Positions 39,465 to 51,316 of a stretch of 64,000 bases of DNA are shown piece after piece. Both the position numbers and the translations under genes were made by a program. Every line of letters begins with the position of its first letter. Positions within the stretch are counted from its first letter, which is position 1. Source of the DNA: Octopus sinensis (taxonomy: Eukaryota); NCBI RefSeq assembly GCF_006345805.1, contig NC_043004.1, positions 8,618,001-8,682,000 on the forward strand, given 5' to 3'. The notes beneath the pieces are model-generated. The model did not search any database. It was not told the DNA's origin and saw only the letters and a list, made by a program, of their open reading frames with translations.

Positions 39465-40060
39465 CTAGGTGATAACATGTTTGCTTCCTAACCACATAGT
39501 TCCGAGATCAGACCCAAGTCTCACTGCGTGGTGCCTTGGGCAAGTGTCTTCTACTATGGCTCCGAGTCGACTAAAACCTTGTGAATGGATTTGATTGACG
39601 GAAACTGAAAGGAGCCCGTCGTATGTATATATGTCTATATCTATATATGTCTATATATATGTATGTGTGGCCGCGTTGAAAGAAGCTTGCTTCCCAGCCA
39701 CATGGTTCCGGGTTCAGTCCCACTGCGTGGCATCTTGGGCAAGTGTCTTCTACGATAGCCTCGGGCCGACTAAAGCCTTGTGAGTGGATTTGGTAGACGG
39801 AAACTGAAAGAAGCCCGTCGTATATATGTATATGTATGTGCGTGTATATGTTTGCCCCCCCCCCACATCGCTTGACAACCGATGCTGGTGTGTTTACGTC
39901 CCCGTAACTTAGCGGTTCGGCAAAAGAGACCGATAGAATAAGTATTGGACTTACAAAGAATAAGTCCTGGGGGTCGATTTGCTCGACTAAAGGCGGTGCT
40001 CCAGCATGGCCGCAGTCAAATGACTGAAACAAGTAAAAGAGTAAAAGAGTAAGAAAGAGT
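39465..40060 (+). mobile_element. Tandem SINE family A: 5' half (39465-39625) followed by a near full-length copy (39664-40060)
   Basis: Two successive head/CORE blocks; the second continues through the internal TA/TG tract to GAAACAAGTAAAAGAGTAAAAGAGT. Confidence 0.9.
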
Positions 40061-40554
40061 TTGAATGGGAATTCGAAGTTTCGACTTGCTAGCTTTCGTT
40101 AGACTGCACGATGAAGGCTAGTAGGCTGACACTTCCAAGTCACTGTAACCCCCTTTTTTTTTTATAAAGTCTAATAAATAAGCGCTGATATGCAAATGGT
40201 TAAGAGGTTGTGCCCCCGATCATAAGTTCATGGTGCTCCACTTCTGAACGGCGATGTGTCCTTGAGCAAAGAAACGCATCACTACATCATTTCATGTAGT
40301 TGCTGAGTGACCTTCCAGTGTAATCCTCTCTCTTCAGCTGTCACACCTTCGATATTTCGCTAAGGTGTTTTTTCGCGGCTCGTATTGTCACCAAAAGTAA
40401 TTAGTAAAAACCTGCTACTACTCGTCAGGTTATGCTCGCTTGCGAGTGACGGCCAAGCCTTTAACTTTTATATCAATACCACTAATATTAAGTAACTGTA
40501 CTGAGCCTTTTTCGCAGATTTTTGTCCTTACATACAAGAATTCCTTCATACGTA

Positions 40555-40588
<34 letters not shown>

Positions 40589-41164
40589 TATTTATATTTG
40601 ATTGTTTATCTTCTGAAAATGTTGACTCTGTTCTTTTTTACATGTATACATTTCTATATATTTTGCACATTAAAACCCAAGCCTTTATCTGTTCATTTGA
40701 ATCATTCTCTCTCTCTCTCTCTCTCTAGACATTTTATGTATGTAAGCTGCTTGCCTTCTTGGTACGTAATTAAGAAGAAGTTTGTTTCGTAATCAATTGT
40801 TTCCGGACTGAATACAAAGTGTTTTGCACTAATGTCTTCTACTAAAACCTTCGAACTGACCAACGGTTTATATGTGAAGTTCCGAGAAACTGCACGGTGG
40901 CGTATTTTGCATGTGTATACTATGTGTTTATATATATATATGTGTGTATGTATGGATGTCTATGACGATGTTTCTCTGTTTCTCGGTATCTGTGTTCGTG
41001 TTGACGCCCTTCAAAACTGGTCGTCTTGGTTGGTTTCTGCCTCGTCAGCTAACAGTTTCGCAAATAAGAGAACGATAAGCGATTAAGAAATAAGCAATGG
41101 GTTGATATGATGGACTGAAGCGCGGTGCCCAGGCATGGCCGCAGTCCAGTCGCTGAAACAAATG

Positions 41165-41316
41165 AGGTTTGTGCGTGCATGCGTGTGTATGCGTGTGCGT
41201 GTGTGTGTGCGTGCGTGCGTGCGTGTGTGTGTGTGTGTGGTGTGTGTGTGTGTGTGAGTATGTGTGTGTGTGTGTGAGTGTGTGTGTGTATGTGTGTGTG
41301 TGTGAATGTGTGTGTA

Positions 41317-41364
<48 letters not shown>

Positions 41365-41368
41365 TGTA

Positions 41369-41400
<32 letters not shown>

Positions 41401-41672
41401 TGAGTGTGTGTGTGTGTGTGAGTGTGTGGTGTGTGTGTGTATGTGTGTATGTGCGTGCGTGTGTGTGTGAGTGTGTGTGTGTGTGAATGTGTGTGTGTAT
41501 GCGTGTGTGTGTGTGTGTGTGTGAGTGTGTGAGTGCGTGTGTGTGTGTGTGTGAGTGTGTGTGTGTGTGTGAGGATGTGTGTGTGTATGTGTGTGTGTGT
41601 GTGAGTGTGTGTGTGTATATGCGTGTGGTGTGTGTGTGCGTGCGTGTGTGTGTGTGTGTGTGTGTGCGTGCG
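41165..41672 (+). repeat. Long (TG)n array with TGAG/TATG interruptions
   Basis: Direct reading. Confidence 0.97.
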
Positions 41673-42133
41673 TATTTCAGCCGTCTCTGTTAACCTGCCA
41701 CTGTTTGTTGTGTGTCTGTTGAACATGACACAATCACTTGACAGATTAGCGGATTAGTGGATAGGCTGTGGGGCAAATGTGTACACAGTAGAAAGTTGGG
41801 ACTGAGTGGGGGGGGGGGGATCGCCTAAACACGCACAGACACATATAGGGGTAGATGGGTGGCGTAAGCCGGTGAGGGTGGCTGATTTCAAATTGGTTAT
41901 GAATATTCAGCAAATATAAACAGGAAGAGTGTAAAAAAGCTGTTTGGTTCGTGGAAGCATGTCTACACACACACTCACACACGCGCGTGTGTGTGTGTGT
42001 AAATAAATGCTTATCTATGTATTTGCATGAAAAGAAGTGGGTTGTACATGCGTATATGCGTAGATGCTAACACGTACACACTCACATATATATTTCTCTA
42101 AATGTATGTGAGTGTGTGTCTGTATTTGTGTTC

Positions 42134-42254
<121 letters not shown>

Positions 42255-42258
42255 ATAT

Positions 42259-42305
<47 letters not shown>

Positions 42306-42763
42306 GTATTTATGTGCGTACACGTATGTATGTTTATGTTTGTGTCTATTTAGGTGTGTGTCTGTTCGCAGATGTTTGCGTGTGTATGCATACATGGGGA
42401 TATCTGTCTGTGTGGGTACAAGAGGCGGGAGCGGAGGGAGCCCAGCAAATTTTCTTTTCTGACCCAGTCAGATCATATATGCATTTAATGATGTGTGTAT
42501 GATGTCTCAGCTTTGATGTGTGCACGTATGTATATATGTATGTATGTGTGTGTGTGTGTGTGCGTGTGTGTATATGCGCGTGAACGGGTATGTTATATGC
42601 GATCTTGCACTGACACATATGTTGTAACAAGCTCAAATTCTCTGTTTATATCCGATTAGTGGCGGCAAACCGGATGCTTTAACTCCGATGAACTCTTCAT
42701 AAAGTATATCTGAACATTACACCCTGTATTATTCTAAATCCAAAAAAACACTCCGACTTCGCA

Positions 42764-42931
42764 ATTTTGATACAAATTTGTTTTTTCTATGTCTAATTTT
42801 TTTTATAATTTAGCTCCACATGGAACGTAATCTTTGTGCTTGTTTCAAAGAATTATTGTTGTTATTATCTAATAAATAATTAAATTGTTGTACAAGTAAT
42901 GGTTTTCTTTACATATCTGCTGCATTTTCAG
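42764..42931 (+). repeat. About 165-bp AT-rich segment repeated at 47447-47609
   Basis: Both copies run from ATTTTGATACAAATTTG through CTTTGTGCTTGTTTCAAAGAATTATTGTTGTTATTATCTAATAAATAATTAAA to CATATCTGCTGCATTTTCAG. Confidence 0.9.
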
Positions 42932-43550
42932 TTTTTATCTTCTGAATTCTTTAAATATTCTATAAAATATCTGGTTTATTTCTTTCTTTGTTTTCCGAGA
43001 TTTCTCTCTCTCTCTTTTTTTTTTGTTTTTGTCGAGTAATGCATGTTGCTGTTTTTGTTGTTACTTAATGCGAAGCCAGACTTATCACCAGACGTTCCAG
43101 CTGTGATCATCCATGCTTCCGCCTCAAGCATATGTGTTTCTAGTACTTAAACGATGTCTTTCCCAGGGATAAACTGTGATTTTGGGAACGATTTGGTTGG
43201 CTGCTATTTCCAGCAGACATAAAACTGCACCTTAGTTCGCTTAATCTAATAATATCCATTCGTTTCTTAGGCCCAATGCCAACTTTGAAAAGATCAACTG
43301 GTGGCGGCTACAACAGACTGAATTAGTCTTGCCTATGTTATTACTGGTACTTATTTTGTGCAACTACTCCACTCGTTCTTTCTCATGCATTTTTTCCAAA
43401 ACTTTAATTCACACATTTTAAGCTAGTCTATAATTTTTAAGCAACTGACCCCGAATGGGAAGATCTGCAAACCGATCTCTGACTTGTTTTGGAGAATTTG
43501 TTGCAGTTGCTTCCTCTAGATTCCTTTCCCAACGAAGATCATGTTCGTAG

Positions 43551-43855
43551 CAAAATAATCATGTCAAAAAATCATCGCAAACAATCACAGTAATGAAAAC
43601 ATCGGAATCGAAACATTTCAGGATTGCAGGACCGGAATCGGCCTGGCATGTTTTTAATTTACTCACAGAATTAGCCATTAGATTATAAAAATTGTTATCG
43701 TACAAAACAATTTGTCGCAAATAGTCATGTAAAAATATCGCCAAAAACAATCACAATTACGAAAACTTGGGAATCCCAAATTTCAGGATTGTGGTTCCGC
43801 ATTCGGCCCGGAATGTTTTTAATTTACTCACGGAGTCAGCCTGATACCAAAATTG
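43551..43855. repeat. Diverged tandem dimer with a 165-bp period
   Basis: TTTCAGGATT at 43616 and 43781; ATGTTTTTAATTTACTCAC at 43648 and 43813. Confidence 0.85.
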
Positions 43856-44037
43856 TCTCCCTCTCTTTTGCTTTCTCTGTCTTTGCCACCGCCCTCACCG
43901 TCTCTATGCCTACTATTATGCTCATCCCATCATGAGGAATAGAAATATCATTGAATAGTGAGAGAGGGGGTTCTAAGTGTGATGCGCTGACACACAAATT
44001 AGTTTTCGCATTCATTATATTTGATACATATATGTGT

Positions 44038-44117
<80 letters not shown>

Positions 44118-44120
<3 letters not shown>

Positions 44121-45076
44121 GATAATGTATACTGAACAGCGATAATCAAAACAACGTCGTCCATATTTATTCTTTATATGCTCCGTCAGAGTCGAACGTG
44201 AATCTGCTAATCGTTGTTGTGTTTCGTCACAAGAGAATAACTTCTCCTTTACGGCGAATGTGTGTTCAAAAGGCACCCGATACTCGATGTTTCGACATCA
44301 TTGTTTCTCTTCAGCCACATGGACCCTGGTCTAATGAATTTAACAAGAATTCGACTATCATGTTTATAACTTAAGCAAACGCTGTTCACCGTGCATGTGG
44401 CGATTTATTATCGGTGGGAAGCTTCGTGTTACTCATTTTTGTTATAAATAAACCAGGAAACTCTTAAGTGGCAGAAACGGAAGTTCCGGACCAAATTCCT
44501 ATAATATTTAACTCCGTCTTCTATTGTCTTCGTTTAATCTTCCTGCGTTGAACTTTTCTTAGCATCAGAAATTGATCGTAATTAAGGCGGGATTTTAATT
44601 GCAGGCAAGCAGAGAGAGAGTGGAGTAGAGGGGCAACGATTCTGGGTGTGAGTCTTGTAGAGGGACATGTGGGTGTGTGTGTGTGGTGTGTGTGTGTTGT
44701 GTGTGTGTGTGTGTGTTGTATCATGTTATGTGCATAAAAATGTGAACGACAATCATACCCGACATTTTCTCCCCACCCCCTCCTACACAAAACGCATAAA
44801 TACATCCTGAGTAAAAGGAAGAGGATAGTAAGAACGATGAAAGACCACAAACAGTTCAATGAGAATGCGAGGGAGTGGGAGGTTGATGGTAATAGGGAGA
44901 GGGGGTACACAAAGGGTGTCGGGAGGACTGTTAACTTGCAGTGGGATCTAAACAGAAGTCGGCGCGGATGCAGAAGAGGATGGACGTGAGAATTAGGCGC
45001 AACCATTGCAGTTGTTGGCGGAAGATTAACAAAACTGCAGAAGAGTGGGAAAGAGAAGAGAAGAGAGAGAGAGAGA

Positions 45077-45123
<47 letters not shown>

Positions 45124-46052
45124 GATAAATCCTCAAATGTATACTGAACAGCGATAATCAAAACAACGTCGTCCATATTTATTCTTTATATGCTCCGTCA
45201 GATTCGAACGTGAATCTGCTAATCGTTGTTGTGTTTCGTCACAAGAGAATAACTTCTCCTTTACGGCGAATGTGTGTTCAAAAGGCACCCGATACTCGAT
45301 GTTTCGACATCATTGTTTCTCTTCAGCCACATGGACCCTGGTCTAATGAATTAACAAGAATTCGACTATCATGTTTATAACTTAAGCAAACGCTGTTCAC
45401 CGTGCATGTGGCGATTTATTATCGGTGGGAAGCTTCGTGTTACTCATTTTTGTTATAAATAAACCAGGAAACTCTTAAGTGGCAGAAACGGAAGTTCCGG
45501 ACCAAATTCCCTATAATATTTAACTCCGTCTTCTATTGTCTTCGTTTAATCTTCCTGCGTTGAACTTTTCTTAGCATCAGAAATTGATCGTAATTAAGGC
45601 GGGATTTTAATTTGCAGGCAAGCAGAGAGAGAGTGGAGTAGAGGGGCAACGATTCTGGGTGTGAGTTCTTGTAGAGGGTACATTGTGTGTGTGTGTGTGT
45701 GTGTGTGTTGTACTCATGTTATGTGCATAAAAATGTGAACGACAATCATACCCGACATTTTCTCCCCACCCCCTCCTACACAAAACGCATAAATACATCC
45801 TGAGTAAAAGGAAGAGGATAGTAAGAACGATGAAAGACCAAACAGTTCAATGAGAATGCGAGGGAGTGGGAGGTTGATGGTAATAGGGAGAGGGGGTACA
45901 CAAAGGGTGTCGGGAGGACTGTTAACTTGCAGTGGGATCTAAACAGAAGTCGGCGCGGATGCAGAAGAGGGTGGACGTGAGAATTAGGCGCAACCATTGC
46001 AGTTGTTGGCGGAAGATTAACAAAACTGCAGAAAGAGTGGGAAAGAGAAAGG

Positions 46053-46092
<40 letters not shown>
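44118..46092. repeat. Near-identical tandem duplication of about 1 kb bounded by (GA)n tracts
   Basis: Copy 1 starts GACGATA at 44118, copy 2 at 45121; both end in GA repeats; differences are mostly 1-2 nt indels. Confidence 0.95.
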
Positions 46093-46389
46093 AAACAGCT
46101 TTTGTTTTTGAAACTTTGTTATTTACTTTGGATTTTAAAAGAGTTCGGATTTGTTATAGCCCTGGATCTTCAAGTTATCTTCGACTAATTCGCCATCATA
46201 CCTACGCTTTAGGGACTTCTTCTACACACATGGCGATTTTACCGTTTCTGAGATGAAGTTTCTTGATATAATTTTATATATTTATCTTTTCTAATCTTTT
46301 ATACTGTGTAGGTGTGTGTGTATATTTTGTGCGCATGCATCTGTATATATTCGTGTGCCCGTGTGTACAGATATATTTTGCGCTTCATT

Positions 46390-46690
46390 TGCATGCATGT
46401 ATGTATGTATGTATGTATGTATGTATGTATGTATGTATGTATGTATGTATGTATGTGTGTATGCGTGTATGTATGTATGTATGTATGTATGTATGTATGT
46501 ATGTATGTATGTATGTATGTGTGTATGTATGTATGTGTATCTATGTATGTATGTATGTCTATGTATATATGTATGTATGTATGCATGTATGTGTGTCTAT
46601 GTATGTATGTATGTATGTATGTACGTACGTATGCATGTGTGTGTATGTATGTATGTATGTATGTGTGTATGTGTGTATGTATGTATACGT
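46390..46690 (+). repeat. (TATG)n array
   Basis: Direct reading. Confidence 0.97.
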
Positions 46691-47133
46691 CTCTATATTT
46701 GGTAGTGTGTCCTAATGCATCCTGTTTATTGTATTTGTGTTGCTGCTCTTGAGGGGAAAACAGACCAATTCTTATAAAAGACAATTAATAACAGACTCTT
46801 TTATTTAAAACGCTCTTTTTAAAGTACTTGTCATTTTCTTGAGTCCATCGACTTTTATAGCCATTCTATTATTTTCGCGCCAATTTTGCTTTCCTCTCGA
46901 GACTAAAAATATTTATTCCTCACGAGGTGAATTTATTTGTTGTTATTTTTAAATTTTTTAATATACGAGTGAGTGGACAAACGCAACACATTTGATAGAA
47001 GTGTCCAAGGTAACCGTGACACTTTAATTGGTGTAGAACTGAGTCAAACTATTATTGAAAATATTCTTTTAAAAGTATATCTAATGCATATTGTTAATAC
47101 ACACATACACATGTATGACAGACAGACAGACAA

Positions 47134-47197
<64 letters not shown>

Positions 47198-47198
<1 letters not shown>

Positions 47199-47430
47199 GG
47201 CGGTGAGCTGGCAAAAACGGTAGCACGTCGGGCGAAATGCTTTGCGGTATTTCGTCTGCCGTTACGTTCTGAGTTCAAATTCCGCCGATGTCGACTTTGC
47301 CTTTCATCTTTTCGTGTTCGATAAATTAAGTACCAGTTACGCACTGGGGTCGATGTAACCGACTTAATCCATTTGTCTGTCCTTGTTTGTCCTCTCTGTG
47401 TTTAGTCCCTTGTGGGCAATAAAGAAATAA
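47198..47430 (+). mobile_element. SINE family C, full length, long-tail form, adjacent to (GATA)n
   Basis: AGGCGGTGAGCTGGCAAAAACGGTAGCACGTCGGGCGAAATGC...GGGCAATAAAGAAATA. Confidence 0.92.
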
Positions 47431-47668
47431 GATAGATATCTATCTTATTTTGATACAAATTTGTTTTTCTAGGTCTTTTTTTTTATAATTTAGCTCCACG
47501 TGGATCATAATCTTTGTGCTTGTTTCAAAGAATTATTGTTGTTATTATCTAATAAATAATTAAAATTGTACTAGGAATGGTTTTCTTGACATATCTGCTG
47601 CATTTTCAGATGGAGAGAGAGAGAGATATAGAGATAGAGAGAGAGAGGGGGACGGAGAGGGAGAGAGA

Positions 47669-47747
<79 letters not shown>

Positions 47748-48251
47748 CAAAAAAACCGGGACAGGTATACGCAATATATGTACCCGAATTCCTGACAATT
47801 CTGCTAATTCGTTACTTTGTTAGAAAAAAATTAACGTCGATCAAACTGCCTTGTAGTACTTGATTACGTCTCCTCACGGTCTGATTTCAAATCTCTGCTG
47901 AATCCATTTTATTTCTGTTTCAACTTTAAATAGATAAAAACAGGTGAGACAACCAAAAGGTTTCTGCCTTCGTCTCTCGACCTGCTAAACATAGCAGCCA
48001 AATTTCTCCCAAACCAAAGCTTAGATATATAAATGAATCGCTTTTGATCATAAGTCTGCTTCATTTTGTCTTAACCTGGTTTGGTTCTAAACGACATCAT
48101 AAGCGATCGATACGACCAGCGGCATTTCCTCCGCCTCTCTACGCTCCAACTTGAAACAGCGCCGATATTTTCATGTGACTTTGTTTGTCCAGTCCCACAT
48201 CTATTGCAACTCCTATCTCCACGCTTTTGTAGCTAACTAAGATTTTATTCT

Positions 48252-48516
48252 AGTTCTATATTTAAGAGATGGGGAATTATGTACATTATTTACATTATTT
48301 ACAATTGACGGATATTTATCCTCATCTTGTTTGTTGTTAACACAACCTTTCGGCTGATATACCCTCCAGCCTTCATCAGGTGTCTTGGGGAAATTTCGAA
48401 CCTGGGTTCTCATTCCTAAGGTATTTTTCGACGCTATCATTATTATTATTATTATTATTCAGGCTGCCTGGAATCGAACTAGGAATCTTGAGGCTAGTAG
48501 CCTGTGCTCTTAACCA

Positions 48517-48518
<2 letters not shown>
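48252..48518 (-). mobile_element. tRNA-headed element with (AAT)n linker and hammerhead-bearing tail
   Basis: Minus strand: AGTGGTTAAGAGC (A box), GTTCGATTCC (B box), (AAT)n, GAAAAATACCTTAGGAATGAGAACCCAGG, hammerhead motif, then an AT-rich tail ending CTCTTAAATATAGAACT. Confidence 0.8.
48339..48384 (-). ncRNA. Minimal type I hammerhead ribozyme motif (copy 1)
   Basis: GACAC-CTGATGA-A-GGCTG(GAGGGTATAT)CAGCC-GAAA-GGTT-GTGTT. Perfect 5-bp stem II and stem I GACAC/GTGTT; the C after GAAA is changed to G. Confidence 0.7.
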
Positions 48519-48585
<67 letters not shown>

Positions 48586-48771
48586 GATAATGATGATGAT
48601 GATGATGATGATGATAACATCGAAAAATACCCTACGAATGAGAATCCAAGTTTGAAGTTAAACCCCAAGACACCTGATGAAGGCTGGAGAGTACATCTGC
48701 CGAAACGTTGTGTTAACAACAAACGAGATGAGGACAAATATACGTCAAATGTAAATAATGTAAAATAATGT
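48519..48771 (+). mobile_element. Second, headless, oppositely oriented copy of the hammerhead-bearing element
   Basis: (AAT)n/(GAT)n, then AACATCGAAAAATACCCTACGAATGAGAATCC...CCCCAAGACACCTGATGAAGGCTGG...GTAAATAATGT; inverted match to 48290-48435. Confidence 0.85.
48669..48714 (+). ncRNA. Minimal type I hammerhead ribozyme motif (copy 2)
   Basis: GACAC-CTGATGA-A-GGCTG(GAGAGTACAT)CTGCC-GAAA-CGTT-GTGTT. Intact core and ACGT palindrome; one mismatch in stem II. Confidence 0.72.
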
Positions 48772-49629
48772 GAAAGATATTATTTGGTCTCAATTTACCT
48801 TTCATGCTTTTGGGGTCGATAAAATAAAGTACTAGCCAAGTACAGGGGTCAACGTAATCGGCTAACCCCCTTCCCCTTAGTGGCTCTATACAAAAATTTG
48901 AAACAATTGTAAAATGGTGATGGATGTGGTGGTGGTGGTGGTGGTGAAAGAGGAGGCGAGGAGGAGGCAGAGGAGAAGGAGGAAGAGGAGGAAGTTATGA
49001 GAATTGAAAACAGTGTAGAATAATTGCTATGTTTAATAAAATGAAGATGATTTTAAAGCTTTTAATCTGACCAGTCTTCGTAGCAAAGGGGAAAGAAGTA
49101 TATATGGGCGAAAATTCTATATTGTCCAAGAGAGGAAAGTAAAAGAATTTCACTATTTTGGTTGTACATTTGTTATAAATCGGTTTGATAACATTTTGGA
49201 CTCTAATCTAGAATTTAGTGCTTCCGCAAGGCCAGAGTTCGAAATCAAGAAATCAGTGAAAGCATCACAACCCATTGCTTCCTTCTTGCTGGTTAAAAAA
49301 TTATCTTAGATTTGTAATTTGGCAAAGAGAGCCGGAAACCATCAAAGAATTCTTTCCTTCGCCGTGACCCCCCCCTCTCTCTCTCTCTCTGTAGTCATAA
49401 CAAACTACACCCAGAACCAGATGAATGTCTTCTAGGGTGAAGAAATCACATGTAAATATTTACAGCTTCAGGTTAAAATTGCAGAAGCCGTTCCTTCGCA
49501 AATTTATTACAATTTATCATATTTCCCTTTTCTCTCCTTCGCCAACTCACTCTGTCACTCAACAGAATGCGCACACGCACACACACACGCACACACACAC
49601 ATACACAAACACATACACACACACGTGAT

Positions 49630-49985
49630 ATGCATATGGAATGGCCGTGTGGTTAAGAAGCGGCACCTCTCCTACCTCTGGCACCTCTGTGTAGTTAAGA
49701 AGTGGCACTCGGCCGACTAATGCCTTCTGAGTAGATTTGGCAGACGGAAACTGTGTGGAAGCCCGATGTATATATATATGTGTGTGTGTGTGTGCGTGTG
49801 TCTTTGCGCTTGTGTTTTACTCTCACCGCTTGAAACCGGTGTTGGTTTGTTTACATCCTTATAACTTCGCTGTTTGACGTAAGAGATCAATAGAATAAGT
49901 ACCAGGCCTTGGAAAACAAATCCTGGCGGTGCTCCAGCCTGACCGCAGTCGGAACTGAGTGAATCAAATAAACGATAAAAGTGAA
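49630..49985 (+). mobile_element. Older, diverged SINE family A copy
   Basis: GGCCGTGTGGTTAAGAAGC head, GATTTGGCAGACGGAAACTG, internal TA/TG tract, GGCGGTGCTCCAGC tail. Confidence 0.75.
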
Positions 49986-50084
49986 AAAGTCTCTCTTTAA
50001 TGGATGAAGCAAATCGAGCTTAGCTTCAAGACAACACGACTTCTCTTCTCTCCTTCTCTGCCTCTGCCCTCTCTCCCGCCACTA

Positions 50085-50126
50085 CTACTACTACCACCAC
50101 TGCTAACCCCCACCACCCCCACCACC

Positions 50127-50166
<40 letters not shown>

Positions 50167-50297
50167 ACATCACTACTACTACTAATAATAATAATACTAA
50201 CTACTACCACCACCACTATCACTACTACTACTACTATTACTACCACCACCACCACCATCACCACCACCCCACTACTACTACCACCACCACCACCACC

Positions 50298-50341
<44 letters not shown>

Positions 50342-50367
50342 ACTACTACTACTACCACCACCACCAT

Positions 50368-50410
<43 letters not shown>

Positions 50411-50430
50411 GCTGCTTCTGCTACCATCAC
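50085..50430 (+). repeat. (CTA)n/(CCA)n trinucleotide array
   Basis: Direct reading. Confidence 0.95.
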
Positions 50431-51086
50431 CATTATGTTTTGCTAACTTGTTAGATTAGCTCTATCTCACGCTTACAAGCTCAACACACACACACATATT
50501 CACACACACACACACATATTCACACACACACACACGTCAAAACTCATCCCTGCCTCATCCAACAACTGCCTGTGACCTAAATCTTTCCTTTCAGTCTTTG
50601 CTGTAATGATGTCGTCCTCAGCCAAAACTGTCAACTGTCGTATCATTTTTCAGTAATTCCTTCACCAAATATCACCATTACTCCGCCATTGCAACTGTAG
50701 ACTTATCTTACTCCCCCCTCCTCCCACCCTATATCATCTGTCGTTATCGTCACCATCATCCCTATCGTTATCTTATATCTGTAAGGTGATGGAGCTGCTA
50801 CCAAGCACCACAGACAGCATGCAACAATGGAGTCCATGCTTTTCCTTCGTTTTCTTGTTTATTCTTTGATTTGGGTCACAGATTCCAAGGTTTGAATATT
50901 GTCCCCCACCCCATCCTCGATATGTCCCCAAATGTCCCTTTCTGGGTAAAAGTACAGCACATCCCCAATGTCGTACAATTAAATACGGTACAACACACGT
51001 ATAACGGAAGTTCTGTTGGAACAAACGGGCCGAACTTTTGGCAAGGGTTGCAACGAAGCACAAATGAAGGGTGGCTTTCTTAATAT

Positions 51087-51316
51087 CAGTCGTTAGCAAA
51101 CTGCGACCCGCGATACTCTTTGAATGACACGACTAACGAAAAATTACCTTGAATTTTTTTTAGTACTGTCGACGAAACATGTCTCGTGCGGCCCGCTTGA
51201 TGATGAGCCGTGTCTCATGCGGCCCGCTTGATGATGAGCCGTGTCTCATGCGGCCCGCTTGATGATGAGCCGTGTCTCATGCGGCCCACTTCTCGAAATG
51301 AGGTTTCCCACTCCAA
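51087..51316. mobile_element. hAT (Charlie-like) MITE with an internal 31-bp tandem repeat
   Basis: Left end CAGTCGTTAGCAAACTGCGACCCGCG, right end GTTTCCCACTCC; about 3.5 copies of GTGTCTCATGCGGCCCGCTTGATGATGAGCC (GTCTC at 51181, 51212, 51243, 51274). No clear TSD. Confidence 0.6.

Noticed and set aside
44040-44276. Minus-strand HTFAVKEKLFSCDETQQRLADSRSTLTEHIK resembling a C2H2 zinc finger
   Set aside because: Second Cys and second His are absent, spacing is off by one, and no neighbouring fingers exist apart from the duplicated copy.
50850-51085. Possible exon: acceptor-like sites on both strands and open frames (RFQGLNIVPHPILDM..., KGHLGTYRGWGGG...)
   Set aside because: No recognisable protein similarity, the strand cannot be decided, and no compatible partner exon was found.
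51181-51290. 31-bp direct repeats as a CRISPR array
   Set aside because: Units are contiguous with no spacers, the context is eukaryotic, and there are no cas genes.
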